From positions 330,001 through 362,000 of the forward strand of contig DIRZ01000002.1 in the NCBI GenBank assembly GCA_002421785.1: 32,000 nt of DNA, written 5' to 3'. The translations under genes were made by a program, and so were the position numbers. Under the pieces are notes generated by a model. It had not been told where the DNA came from. It saw nothing but the letters and a program-made list of their open reading frames with translations, and did not search any database. Shown piece after piece: positions 1 through 7,899 of this stretch (its first letter is position 1; every line of letters starts with the position of its first letter). This stretch comes from Candidatus Saccharimonadota bacterium (GTDB taxonomy: Bacteria > Patescibacteriota > Saccharimonadia > Saccharimonadales > Saccharimonadaceae).

Positions 1-696
1 CAGCGCACAGAAAGTAACCGTAATTTAGATAACCCCTATGTTACCGGCGCTTTTACTGATAACTCTGTAGCTGCTACTATTGACCCGACTCAGCTAAAGC
101 AGCTGGTTGAGTTTCGCAACGCACTCGGCGAAGCACAGCAGGTATTTGGTGATAGGTTCGACGAGCCACAGCTCCAAGACGCCTATACCCGCGTTCGTCA
201 ACTCGCGATTGGCGAAGCGAGCGAACTGGGCGATGACACGCGCATTTTTCCTGTAATGTTTGCAGCTGATGAGAGTGAACAGTCCGATGATGCCCCTGAG
301 CGGGTACGGGGAACAAACAGTCGAAGCGGTGAAAGCATCTCTGTCGGTTGCTATATGATCGCCCTGACTCTTTCTGAAGACGGCCCTACGATGATTGCAG
401 AACCGATTGAGTACGAATACGGTAACGCGACCTATGTGTCACGTGATCCTCGCTGTGGTAAAGCCGATGCATTGGCGAGTGCCGATGGCATGACAAAGGG
501 TCGGTTTAAAACCGAGACAGGGGCGCTGAGCATTAATCATACTGGTGGAATGGACGCACTGCAGAAGCGAGTCGATGAACTAGCAAGCCTCACACCCGAA
601 GCCTTTGCGGATGAACGTGCGCGTCGTGAACGTCGAAACCGCGTTCGTCGTACAATCGCTCATCGCGCAGAACAGGCTCACGCCGTCGGCGTATAG
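1..696 (+). CDS. hypothetical protein, 5' end lies outside the window
   Basis: I translated frame 1 from nt 1 (QRTESNRNLDNPYVTG...). It has no stop before TAG 694-696, so track ORF 256..696 is only the Met-initiated tail. No family recognised. Confidence 0.45.
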   Translation, partial: QRTESNRNLDNPYVTGAFTDNSVAATIDPTQLKQLVEFRNALGEAQQVFGDRFDEPQLQDAYTRVRQLAIGEASELGDDTRIFPVMFAADESEQSDDAPERVRGTNSRSGESISVGCYMIALTLSEDGPTMIAEPIEYEYGNATYVSRDPRCGKADALASADGMTKGRFKTETGALSINHTGGMDALQKRVDELASLTPEAFADERARRERRNRVRRTIAHRAEQAHAVGV

Positions 697-766
697 CGCG
701 TTATAAATGACCGAACACTATAGTGTACCAGTCGAAACAACTCTAGGCCCTTTTCGTATCCGCCGA

Positions 767-1243
767 CTAATCGTTAAAGTTATCCAGGACAACAGTTGGC
801 TGAGGTGTTTCGATGTATGAGCGCAAATCAGCCGTTTGCAGCAAGGCGGGGTAGATGAGTATGGTTGACGGGTCCATGAACCCGCAAAACGCCAGCTCCT
901 CATTGCCATGAGTGGTGGATGACACGTCAATGTTCAAAAAGTCCTGCGTGTTTGTGACTTCGAAGAAGAACTCCAGCTCCTCGGTGTACCCCTCGCGGTG
1001 TGAATAGAACTGTTGCACGAACAGCAGCTTGCCAACCTCTGCTTGCACGCCTGTTTCTTCCATGACCTCGCGCTTTAGGCCGTCGGCGAGTGACTCGTGA
1101 GGGTCCAGCCCGCCACCCGGCGCCGCATAGTACTCCGAGGCGCTCCCATCGGCCATTTTGTGCTGCACGACAAGTAGTTTGCCGTCACGGTAAATGATTG
1201 CGCGAACGTTAACGCGCTGTTTTGGTACTGTTTGTAGTGACAC
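767..1243 (-). CDS. NUDIX hydrolase
   Basis: Nudix box GGGLDPHESLADGLKREVMEETGV (GX5EX7REUXEEXGU). GTG start at 1243-1241, preceded by AGGAG with 5-nt spacing. Confidence 0.9.
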   Translation of the reverse strand: MSLQTVPKQRVNVRAIIYRDGKLLVVQHKMADGSASEYYAAPGGGLDPHESLADGLKREVMEETGVQAEVGKLLFVQQFYSHREGYTEELEFFFEVTNTQDFLNIDVSSTTHGNEELAFCGFMDPSTILIYPALLQTADLRSYIETPQPTVVLDNFND

Positions 1244-1376
1244 GGTATCTCCTATAGTTACATTATTGAATGAAGCTAGAGGTAGGGCTCGTCCCTACGT
1301 GCGCGACAGTAAGCGGAACACGCATGATGTTCGTAACTTTACTTAGTGTACCACAGGGAAAGAATCAAACCAGCTA

Positions 1377-1405
1377 TTTACAAAAGTAGACTTATTTGGT
1401 ATAAT
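1377..1405 (+). promoter_or_regulatory. near-consensus sigma70-type promoter, TTTACA-N17-TATAAT
   Basis: TTTACA at 1377-1382, 17-nt spacer, TATAAT at 1400-1405. It points into a region containing only a 35-codon ORF. Confidence 0.5.
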
Positions 1406-1418
1406 AACCATCAGTATT

Positions 1419-1526
1419 ATGAATTCACAAGACAATTCTGGTGGGAATTCGGACGTGAACAAACAAATACTCGCTGACCTCGGGAGCCGTTATGGTGACG
1501 ATTCAGTCGAGTATATCTTTACATAG
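1419..1526 (+). CDS. possible 35-aa small protein (MNSQDNSGGNSDVNKQILADLGSRYGDDSVEYIFT), or simply part of a small RNA
   Basis: ATG lies 13 nt after the TATAAT box. No SD sequence. Too short for the ORF track; I translated it by hand. Confidence 0.2.
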   Translation: MNSQDNSGGNSDVNKQILADLGSRYGDDSVEYIFT

Positions 1527-1578
1527 GAGTAAGCCACGCTCATACAAAAGTGTACATCGATGCTTTTGTTGTGGAATT

Positions 1579-1611
1579 GAAAAAAGCCTTGAGCGCGTGA
1601 GCACTCAAGGC
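1579..1611 (-). terminator. intrinsic terminator of the GC-rich minus-strand gene
   Basis: Hairpin GCCTTGAGCGC-GTGA-GCACTCAAGGC (1586-1611, one mismatch, GNRA-like loop), followed on the minus strand by a U-tract (A-run 1579-1585 on plus). Confidence 0.6.
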
Positions 1612-1637
1612 GTAGGGTTTGCGAAGGGTGGCTTCGC

Positions 1638-1943
1638 TTAGTTGCCCGGAGGCGGCAGGGGTGATCCCTGGGCTGCGGCGTGCATCTCGGCGCGGCGGAC
1701 CTCCCGCTCATCGCGGTAGGGCTTGATGATTTCGTCGGCCAGTGCTTGCCGCTCCCTGCGATGGACGTCCTTCAGGTCGTCGCGCTCACCGCGCTGGATG
1801 GTGCGCTGCTGCTTGCGCTCGGCGGTCTGGACGGCCTTGAGCTCTCTCAACCGGGCCTTGCCATCGGCGATGCGCTTCACGAGCTCATCGTCGTTGAACT
1901 GCCTCGGATCGACGGCGGTGTTCTGCGTCTCGGACATGGCCAT
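1638..1943 (-). CDS. GC-rich, highly charged, coiled-coil-like hypothetical protein (101 aa, MAMSETQNTAVDPRQF...)
   Basis: Internal Met of track ORF 1638..2078, preceded by AAAGGAA. About 67% GC (40/60 at 1741-1800). It has its own promoter and terminator. The upstream 45 codons of the track ORF are AT-rich and contain the promoter. Confidence 0.6.
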   Translation of the reverse strand: MAMSETQNTAVDPRQFNDDELVKRIADGKARLRELKAVQTAERKQQRTIQRGERDDLKDVHRRERQALADEIIKPYRDEREVRRAEMHAAAQGSPLPPPGN

Positions 1944-1971
1944 TCCTTTCACTAGGGGGCGACCAGTGTGT

Positions 1972-2000
1972 ATGATAAATATAAGTTGCGTCTTTGTCAA
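1972..2000 (-). promoter_or_regulatory. sigma70-type promoter, TTGACA-N17-TATCAT (read on the minus strand)
   Basis: Reverse complement of 1995-2000 is TTGACA and of 1972-1977 is TATCAT, with a 17-nt spacer. It lies 28 nt upstream of ATG 1943. Confidence 0.55.
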
Positions 2001-2145
2001 ATATGGTCTATCTATGTTGATGGTCCAGAGCACGCAGCTATCTTTCGTTCGCCGGTTGCGGTATAATAGCCACAGCACTCCCGCGGTAGGTGGTGGATAG
2101 AATAACTTGTTGTACTCCTAGTGAACAAATTATTATACCCGTTAC

Positions 2146-2170
2146 TTACTCGCACTCAGAAGGCGAGTGA
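2146..2170 (+). promoter_or_regulatory. pnp 5' leader hairpin
   Basis: TTACTCGC-(9 nt)-GCGAGTGA, 8 bp including one G-U pair. It ends 8 nt before the AAGGAGG SD (2178-2184). Confidence 0.35.
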
Positions 2171-2191
2171 ACAATAAGAAGGAGGACATAT

Positions 2192-4309
2192 ATGTCTATT
2201 ATTAACCCAAGTGGCAAGGATATTATTTCTGTTACCACTGAATTTTGTGGCAAGCCACTCACACTCGAAGTAAACCGCGTCGGTTTCCGTACTACCGCGA
2301 GCGTTCTGGTCACCTACGGTGACACCGTGGTGCTCGGTTCAGCAATGGTGGGCAGTCGCCCGGTGCAGATGGATTATTTTCCCCTCAGTATCGACTACGA
2401 AGAAAAAATGTATGCAGCTGGTAAAATCAGCGGCAGCCGCTTTATCAAGCGTGAAGGTCGCCCAAGCGATGAAGCAATCTTGATTGGTCGTTTAATCGAC
2501 CGTCCAATTCGTCCACTCTTTCCAAAAGGCTATCGCCAAGAAGTCCAGGTCGTTTCATCGGTCCTTTCAATGGACCCAAGCTTCCGCCCTGACATGGTTG
2601 CAATGATTGCTGCCAGTAGCGCGCTGATGCTAACAGGTACGCCGTTTGACGGTCCTGTGGCTGGCGTCCGTGTGGGCCGCGTCAATGGTGAATTCCAGGC
2701 GTTTATGAACAGCGAAGACCGTGATGCGAGCGATCTCGACCTTGTCGTTGCAGGTATTGAAAGCGGTATCACCATGGTCGAAGCCGGCGCGAACGAAGTT
2801 GCTGAAGATGTGCTTATCGATGCAATGAAGTGGGCATTCGAAGCGATTCAGCCGGCAATCAAGCTACAAAAAGAGCTTGAACAAAAAATTGCCCCAGCAG
2901 TTCAGGACTACACACTTATTTTGCCAAACGAAGAAATTCAGACAGCCGTGGACGCATGGGTCGAAGGGAAGATCGGCGAAAAACTCCGCAAGCCTTACCC
3001 TGAGCGCAACGAAATGGTCAACGAACTTCGCTGGGCATTCCACGAAGCAATGGCCGAAAAACTCGGTGACGAATACGATGCCGTTCATGATGAATATGAC
3101 GAAGCCTTCACGATGGCGATTCACAAAGATGTTCGTGCAGGCATTGTAAAAGATGGTTTGCGCCCAGATGGTCGTAAGCTCGATGAAATCCGTGTTCTTA
3201 GCAGTGAAGTCGGCTTTTTGCCACGTGCTCACGGAAGCAGCCTCTTTACCCGTGGTGTTACCCAGGGTATGAACATCGTGACCCTCGCACCACTCAGCTA
3301 CGCTCAGATGGTTGACACAATGGAAGTCAACGACGGTGAACGCAGCTACATGCACCATTACAACGCGCCAGGCTACACTGTCGGTGAAGTTCGCCGCCTC
3401 AGCGGCCCTGGTCGCCGCGAAATCGGCCACGGCTACCTTGCAGAGCGCGCGCTGATGCCGGTCCTGCCTAGTCCTGAAGAGTTTCCGTATGCTATCCGTA
3501 GCGTGACCGAAATCATGAGCCAGAACGGAAGCACCAGTATGGCGGCTACGTGTAGCTCAACCTTGGCTCTGATGGACGCCGGCGTGCCACTCAAGGCCCC
3601 TGTATCTGGTATTGCCATGGGCCTCATGATGGACGGCGACACCGCCTATGTACTGAGTGACATCGCTGACGCCGAAGACTTCGCAGGCGACATGGACTTT
3701 AAGGTCACCGGTACCGCCAAGGGTATTACCGCTGTGCAAATGGATATGAAGCTCCATGGTCTTCCTGTTGATGTGCTCGCCGAAGCAATCAAAAAAAGCA
3801 CCCCAGGCCGCATGCACATTCTGGAGCACATGCTCACCACACTGGCTGCGCCACGGGAAGCACTCAGCCCATATGCACCACGTATCGAAAAGATTAAAAT
3901 CAACCCTGAAAAAATTGGTGCAGTCATTGGTAAGGGCGGGGAAGTGATTAATAAGATTACAGCCGAAACTGGTGCCATGATCGACATCAAGGACGACGGG
4001 CTTATCACAGTCGCTTCGAACGATACCGCAAGTATCGAGCGTGCGCTGGAATGGATTCGCGGTCTTACCGAAGAACCAGAAGTTGGCAAAGTGTACACTG
4101 GTACTGTTGTAACCATTAAAGACTTTGGTGCATTCGTGAACATCATGCCTGGCACTGATGGCATGGTGCACATTAGCCAGCTGTCAGATGCTCGTGTCGA
4201 GCGTGTCGAAGACGTCCTCGAGGAAGGTCAAACAGTAAAAGTGCTGTTGACTGGTATCGATGAGCGTGGACGACTAAGCCTGACTATGAAGGGCGTTGAA
4301 CAGAAGTAG
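2192..4309 (+). CDS. pnp: polyribonucleotide nucleotidyltransferase (PNPase)
   Basis: 705 aa with two RNase PH-like halves, then a KH region (GKGGEVINKI) and an S1 region (GTVVTIKDFGAFVNI). Strong SD. Confidence 0.97.
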   Translation: MSIINPSGKDIISVTTEFCGKPLTLEVNRVGFRTTASVLVTYGDTVVLGSAMVGSRPVQMDYFPLSIDYEEKMYAAGKISGSRFIKREGRPSDEAILIGRLIDRPIRPLFPKGYRQEVQVVSSVLSMDPSFRPDMVAMIAASSALMLTGTPFDGPVAGVRVGRVNGEFQAFMNSEDRDASDLDLVVAGIESGITMVEAGANEVAEDVLIDAMKWAFEAIQPAIKLQKELEQKIAPAVQDYTLILPNEEIQTAVDAWVEGKIGEKLRKPYPERNEMVNELRWAFHEAMAEKLGDEYDAVHDEYDEAFTMAIHKDVRAGIVKDGLRPDGRKLDEIRVLSSEVGFLPRAHGSSLFTRGVTQGMNIVTLAPLSYAQMVDTMEVNDGERSYMHHYNAPGYTVGEVRRLSGPGRREIGHGYLAERALMPVLPSPEEFPYAIRSVTEIMSQNGSTSMAATCSSTLALMDAGVPLKAPVSGIAMGLMMDGDTAYVLSDIADAEDFAGDMDFKVTGTAKGITAVQMDMKLHGLPVDVLAEAIKKSTPGRMHILEHMLTTLAAPREALSPYAPRIEKIKINPEKIGAVIGKGGEVINKITAETGAMIDIKDDGLITVASNDTASIERALEWIRGLTEEPEVGKVYTGTVVTIKDFGAFVNIMPGTDGMVHISQLSDARVERVEDVLEEGQTVKVLLTGIDERGRLSLTMKGVEQK

Positions 4310-4356
4310 TGAAGTTTTTCACTGGGCGCGCGGAGTAAGTGCGGTACGCTGAGAGT

Positions 4357-4482
4357 ATGAATAAATCTGTTCAGAAACTCGGCACCGCACTCCGCAACCC
4401 AACCGTCCAGCGCATTCTTGCGTGGGGACTTCCCGTATTGTTCGGTTGGATTCTGAGTAAGCTCGACAAAAAACCTCGCTAG
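4357..4482 (+). CDS. possible 41-aa small membrane protein (MNKSVQKLGTALRNPTVQRILAWGLPVLFGWILSKLDKKPR)
   Basis: Hand-translated. One hydrophobic helix with a basic tail. It sits between the pnp stop and a strong terminator. Confidence 0.35.
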   Translation: MNKSVQKLGTALRNPTVQRILAWGLPVLFGWILSKLDKKPR

Positions 4483-4496
4483 GTTTTCGTGTCCGT

Positions 4497-4526
4497 AAAC
4501 GGCTACCCCAGGGTGGCCGTTTTGTT
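4497..4526 (+). terminator. intrinsic terminator after pnp and the small ORF
   Basis: 11-bp stem AAACGGCTACC / GGTGGCCGTTT (one G-U pair), 4-nt loop, then TGTT. Confidence 0.75.
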
Positions 4527-4539
4527 CGTTGCGGCAGTT

Positions 4540-4548
4540 TGCTACCAT
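4540..4548 (+). promoter_or_regulatory. extended -10 (TGC-TACCAT) 6 nt from the UDG ATG, a candidate leaderless promoter
   Basis: TG at 4540-4541, TACCAT at 4543-4548, ATG at 4555. It lies just downstream of the terminator, so the gene needs its own promoter. Confidence 0.4.
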
Positions 4549-4554
4549 AGGAAC

Positions 4555-5139
4555 ATGACAAAGTCCAAACTCCAACAGCTCCGCATGCTTGAACAGCAGA
4601 TAATCCGGCAGGATACCTGCCCACAGCTGCGACAGCAGGCGACCCAGCTAGTGATGGGCAGCGGAAGCGTAGAGGCGGCATACGTGTTTATCGGCGAAGC
4701 TCCTGGTAAACAGGAGGACTTGCAGGGAAAACCGTTTATAGGTGCGGCGGGGAAGTTTTTAGATGAAATGCTGGCTGCGGCTGGCATGAACCGCGAAGAT
4801 GTTTACATTACGAATATCGTCAAGTATCGTCCCCCTAATAACCGCGACCCGCTTCCTGCGGAGAAACAGGCGTTTTGGCCTTTTTTGCTCCGTGAACTTG
4901 CCATTATTCAACCCCAAGCTATCGTGACGTTGGGGCGTCATAGTATGGAGTATTTTTTGCCCGGGGCCAGTATCAGTGAGGTGCACGGCCAACCGCAGCG
5001 TGTCATGGTGGGGGATCACCAGCTCACGATTGTTCCGTTGTACCACCCGGCGGCCGCTCTGTATAACGGGAGTCTTCGCCAAACACTGATGGACGATTTT
5101 ACCCACTTGCCGGCACAGTTAGCTCCGTTTAACGCTTAA
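4555..5139 (+). CDS. uracil-DNA glycosylase, family 4
   Basis: GEAPGKQEDLQGKPFIGAAGKFL motif and a C-terminal HPAAALY motif. Start moved to the internal Met (MTKSKLQQ) because the 4489 start would span the terminator hairpin. Confidence 0.85.
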   Translation: MTKSKLQQLRMLEQQIIRQDTCPQLRQQATQLVMGSGSVEAAYVFIGEAPGKQEDLQGKPFIGAAGKFLDEMLAAAGMNREDVYITNIVKYRPPNNRDPLPAEKQAFWPFLLRELAIIQPQAIVTLGRHSMEYFLPGASISEVHGQPQRVMVGDHQLTIVPLYHPAAALYNGSLRQTLMDDFTHLPAQLAPFNA

Positions 5140-5140
5140 C

Positions 5141-5172
5141 AAAAATGCCGCAGGGGTAGGAGCGGCATTTTT
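5141..5172. terminator. bidirectional intrinsic terminator between convergent genes
   Basis: AAAAATGCCGC-(10 nt)-GCGGCATTTTT. The A-tract and T-tract flank a GC stem, so it can work on both strands. Confidence 0.8.
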
Positions 5173-5196
5173 ATTAGTAGAGGGGTGGATCAGGTG

Positions 5197-5400
5197 CTAT
5201 TCGCCTGTTGTAGGCGCAGTGTTTGTAGTTGGGGTTGGCACGCTTGTTGAGGTGCCTGTGTTCGTGCTGTCGCCCGTTGACCCGTTGAAGAGTCCAGGGA
5301 GCACAAAGATTGCTGCGAGAACGAGGAGTACGATTGCAATAACAGTGACAATGGTCCCGGTATTACTGTGATTCTCTTTCTCGATGATTGTATCAGCCAT
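5197..5400 (-). CDS. small membrane protein with a Thr/Ser/Pro-rich tail (67 aa)
   Basis: AAGGAG SD upstream of the ATG. One TM helix (IVTVIAIVLLVLAAIFVLPGL). Followed by the terminator. Confidence 0.7.
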   Translation of the reverse strand: MADTIIEKENHSNTGTIVTVIAIVLLVLAAIFVLPGLFNGSTGDSTNTGTSTSVPTPTTNTAPTTGE

Positions 5401-5518
5401 AGGTTCTCCTTATTAGTTTGTACATTTCCGAGTATAGCGAGAAGAGGCTCCGCCCGAAGCAATAAATTTCACAAAATGGTGAAGAACGAGCAAAAAGGGC
5501 GAGCGGGGCGCCACGCTA

Positions 5519-5547
5519 TTGCTTTTGCAACCGAAATTTGCTATAAT
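5519..5547 (+). promoter_or_regulatory. promoter TTGCTT-N17-TATAAT with TGC extended -10
   Basis: TTGCTT at 5519-5524 and TATAAT at 5542-5547, preceded by TTTGC. This leaves a leader of about 100 nt before the RNase J start. Confidence 0.6.
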
Positions 5548-5655
5548 TCAGTTACTAGCAAAGAGAGGGCATTCTGTCTTTTACCTTTACAGCCTCTTTT
5601 GTCTCAATCAATTTAGAAATTATTTATACACATCAAATAAGGAGAAAAATAATTT

Positions 5656-7794
5656 ATGGGTCAACGAAGACTCTCAAAGCCACAAGGTGACGATACTAAC
5701 AAACGTCCTATGCAGGCGAAGCAAAAATCAAATAACACCATCCTGAACGCCACGACGACTCGCAAGGGCGAAGTGTTCCGCGCGCAGCGTCGCACCAGCG
5801 AAGGTGTGAATATGCAGGCGAGCCAGCACATCATTAACGTGCCGGTAAACAAAAGCATCTATAACGGCTATGGTGGCCGACAGTTTAGTCTGGCCGACCA
5901 GCCGAAGCGCCCACGCGCGCCACGTCCAACACTGAAGGTTATTCCTATTGGTGGTGTGGGCGAAATGGGTATCGGGAAGAACATGACCGCCATTGAATAC
6001 GACAACGACATTATTGTAATCGACATGGGCTTTTTGTTCCCAGGGAGCGATTACCCTGGTATCAACTACATCACGCCAGATATTACTTGGCTTGAGCAGA
6101 ACAAGCACAAAATCCGCGCACAGGTCTTTACCCACGGGCACCTTGACCACATCGGGGCATTCCGCCACCTTGCTGCCAAGATTCCTGCACCTGTTTATGC
6201 GAGCCGCTTCACCATCGGTATGCTTCAGCGACAAATGGAAGAAACCGATGGCAGCTACGAGCCAAACTACAACGAAATGAACCCTGAAGCGCACGAAGTT
6301 GTACAGGTATGTGATTCATTTAGCATCGAACTTGTTCGTGTGAACCACAGTATTCCTGACGCTACGGCTGTTATCATTCGTACGCCACTTGGCAACATTT
6401 TAAGCAGTGGTGACTGGCGTATTGAAGAAAACCCTGTCGACGATAAAAAATTCGACTTTAACCGCATTACCGAAGTTGCGAGCAAAGAAGGCTTCTTGCT
6501 CTTCATGAACGAAAGCACCAACTGTGAAAGCGACGGTACGCACGAGCACGGTGAATTCGACATCCAACGCAGTATGGGTGAAGTGATGGATAAATATCCA
6601 AACGGTCGCGTGATTATTTCGAGCTTCTCGAGCCAGTTGCACCGTATGCAGTTGATTCTCGACGAAGCCCAAAAGCATGGGCGCAAGGTGGCGTTTGCTG
6701 GGTACAGCATGATCCAAAACCTTGAAGTCGCACTGCGCACCGGGGCGATTAAAGTTCCTAAAGACACCGTCGTCAAAATGGAGGATATCATCAAGCTTCC
6801 CGACAGCAAAATTGCTATCGTTTGTACCGGAAGTCAGGGCGAATTTAGCGCTGTGCTTAACCGCATGGCAACGGGTGCTCACAAATACATCAAGATTAAA
6901 AACACCGATGTTGTTGTGTTCAGTAGTAACCCAATTCCAGGTAACGAAAAGTACGTTGTTCGCACCGTTGATGGGCTGATGCGCGAAGGCGGTGAGATCA
7001 TCCAGAATGGCAAAACTCACCTCACAGGCGTTGGTCCACTTCACCTCAGCGGTCACGGTTACTATGAAGATCACATCCGCGTAATTAACGCTGTCAATCC
7101 TAAGTACTATTTGCCAAATCACGGTGAATTCCATATGCTCGTGCACAACGCACGACTTGCCGAAAAAGAATGCGGTATCCCGCGCGATAACATTTTTGTT
7201 TGTGATGCGGGTGACGTGGTTGAGTTTGATCACGAGGGCGCACGCAAAGTTGGTCGTGTCCCTGTTGGTGGCATCATGTACGACGATAGTGGCGCAATCG
7301 TGAGCGAAGTTGTGCTCAAAGACCGTATCCACATGAGCCAAGAAGGTATGTTTGTCGTTGTGCTGACCATTGGTCGTGGCAATGGCCGACTTCTCACCAG
7401 CCCCGACATCATTAGCCGTGGGTTCATCTACCTGCGCGATAGCGAAGAGCTGATGGGCATGATTCGCCAGTACCTCAAGCAGAAGGCAGCACGTGCATTT
7501 AGTGGCCGCTATGACCTCGATGTCATCAAGAAAGAAATCAAAGACGAAGTCACGCACATTTTGTACGACCAGACTCGCCGCACGCCAATTGTTATCCCTG
7601 TGATTAACGAAATTGGTACCTCTGGCCCTAAGCCACAGGGTAGGGCACCACAAGGTACCGACCAGCCACAGCGTCAACAGCAGCGCCCTGACCGCGCGCC
7701 AATGCCTGCACCATCTGGCAAAACCTTCCCACCAAAGCAGTACCCTGACACCGAAGTCACTGCACCACGGGAACGTCCGAACCAGTCGTACTAG
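5656..7794 (+). CDS. rnj: ribonuclease J (metallo-beta-lactamase / beta-CASP family)
   Basis: HGHLDHIG motif and a GGVGEMGIGKN N-terminal core. AAGGAG lies 11 nt upstream of ATG 5656. Alternative starts at 5710 and 5812 cannot be excluded. Confidence 0.9.
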   Translation: MGQRRLSKPQGDDTNKRPMQAKQKSNNTILNATTTRKGEVFRAQRRTSEGVNMQASQHIINVPVNKSIYNGYGGRQFSLADQPKRPRAPRPTLKVIPIGGVGEMGIGKNMTAIEYDNDIIVIDMGFLFPGSDYPGINYITPDITWLEQNKHKIRAQVFTHGHLDHIGAFRHLAAKIPAPVYASRFTIGMLQRQMEETDGSYEPNYNEMNPEAHEVVQVCDSFSIELVRVNHSIPDATAVIIRTPLGNILSSGDWRIEENPVDDKKFDFNRITEVASKEGFLLFMNESTNCESDGTHEHGEFDIQRSMGEVMDKYPNGRVIISSFSSQLHRMQLILDEAQKHGRKVAFAGYSMIQNLEVALRTGAIKVPKDTVVKMEDIIKLPDSKIAIVCTGSQGEFSAVLNRMATGAHKYIKIKNTDVVVFSSNPIPGNEKYVVRTVDGLMREGGEIIQNGKTHLTGVGPLHLSGHGYYEDHIRVINAVNPKYYLPNHGEFHMLVHNARLAEKECGIPRDNIFVCDAGDVVEFDHEGARKVGRVPVGGIMYDDSGAIVSEVVLKDRIHMSQEGMFVVVLTIGRGNGRLLTSPDIISRGFIYLRDSEELMGMIRQYLKQKAARAFSGRYDLDVIKKEIKDEVTHILYDQTRRTPIVIPVINEIGTSGPKPQGRAPQGTDQPQRQQQRPDRAPMPAPSGKTFPPKQYPDTEVTAPRERPNQSY

Positions 7795-7821
7795 TCGGCG
7801 AATGCCGCACCATCATGATTA

Positions 7822-7850
7822 TTGACTTTTTGTAAAGTTTATGCTAATGT
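7822..7850 (+). promoter_or_regulatory. promoter TTGACT-N17-TAATGT with TGC extended -10
   Basis: TTGACT at 7822-7827 and TAATGT at 7845-7850. The spacer ends with TTTATGC. Confidence 0.6.
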
Positions 7851-7899
7851 ACAAGTACGTACATCGTACCAACATAAACAAATAACAAATAACACTATC

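Noticed and set aside
715-726. Perfect 12-nt palindrome ACACTATAGTGT between convergent stops
   Set aside because: It is too short and has no loop, so it is not a convincing terminator. There is no second copy. It cannot be told apart from chance.
721-1353. 10-nt direct repeat TAGTGTACCA (721-730 and 1344-1353) flanking the NUDIX gene
   Set aside because: About 20 such 10-mer pairs within 700 bp are expected by chance in a 32-kb window. There is no other sign of mobility or a composition change.
2864-4173. Several minus-strand ORFs (2864..3430, 3557..4171, 3646..4173) and small plus-strand ORFs inside pnp
   Set aside because: All overlap the full-length PNPase reading frame, and none has independent start signals.
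4489-4554. Upstream extensions of track ORFs (4489, 7822, 13579, 14337, 20343, 28881, 1944-2078 and 28663-28668)
   Set aside because: Each extension would run through a terminator, a promoter or the preceding gene. Internal Met codons with an SD or a -10-N6 context give N-termini typical of the families concerned.
6400-7677. 425-aa minus-strand ORF
   Set aside because: It lies entirely antisense to the well-supported RNase J gene. It has no SD or promoter and an odd composition rich in His, Asn, Val and Phe. It is a shadow ORF.
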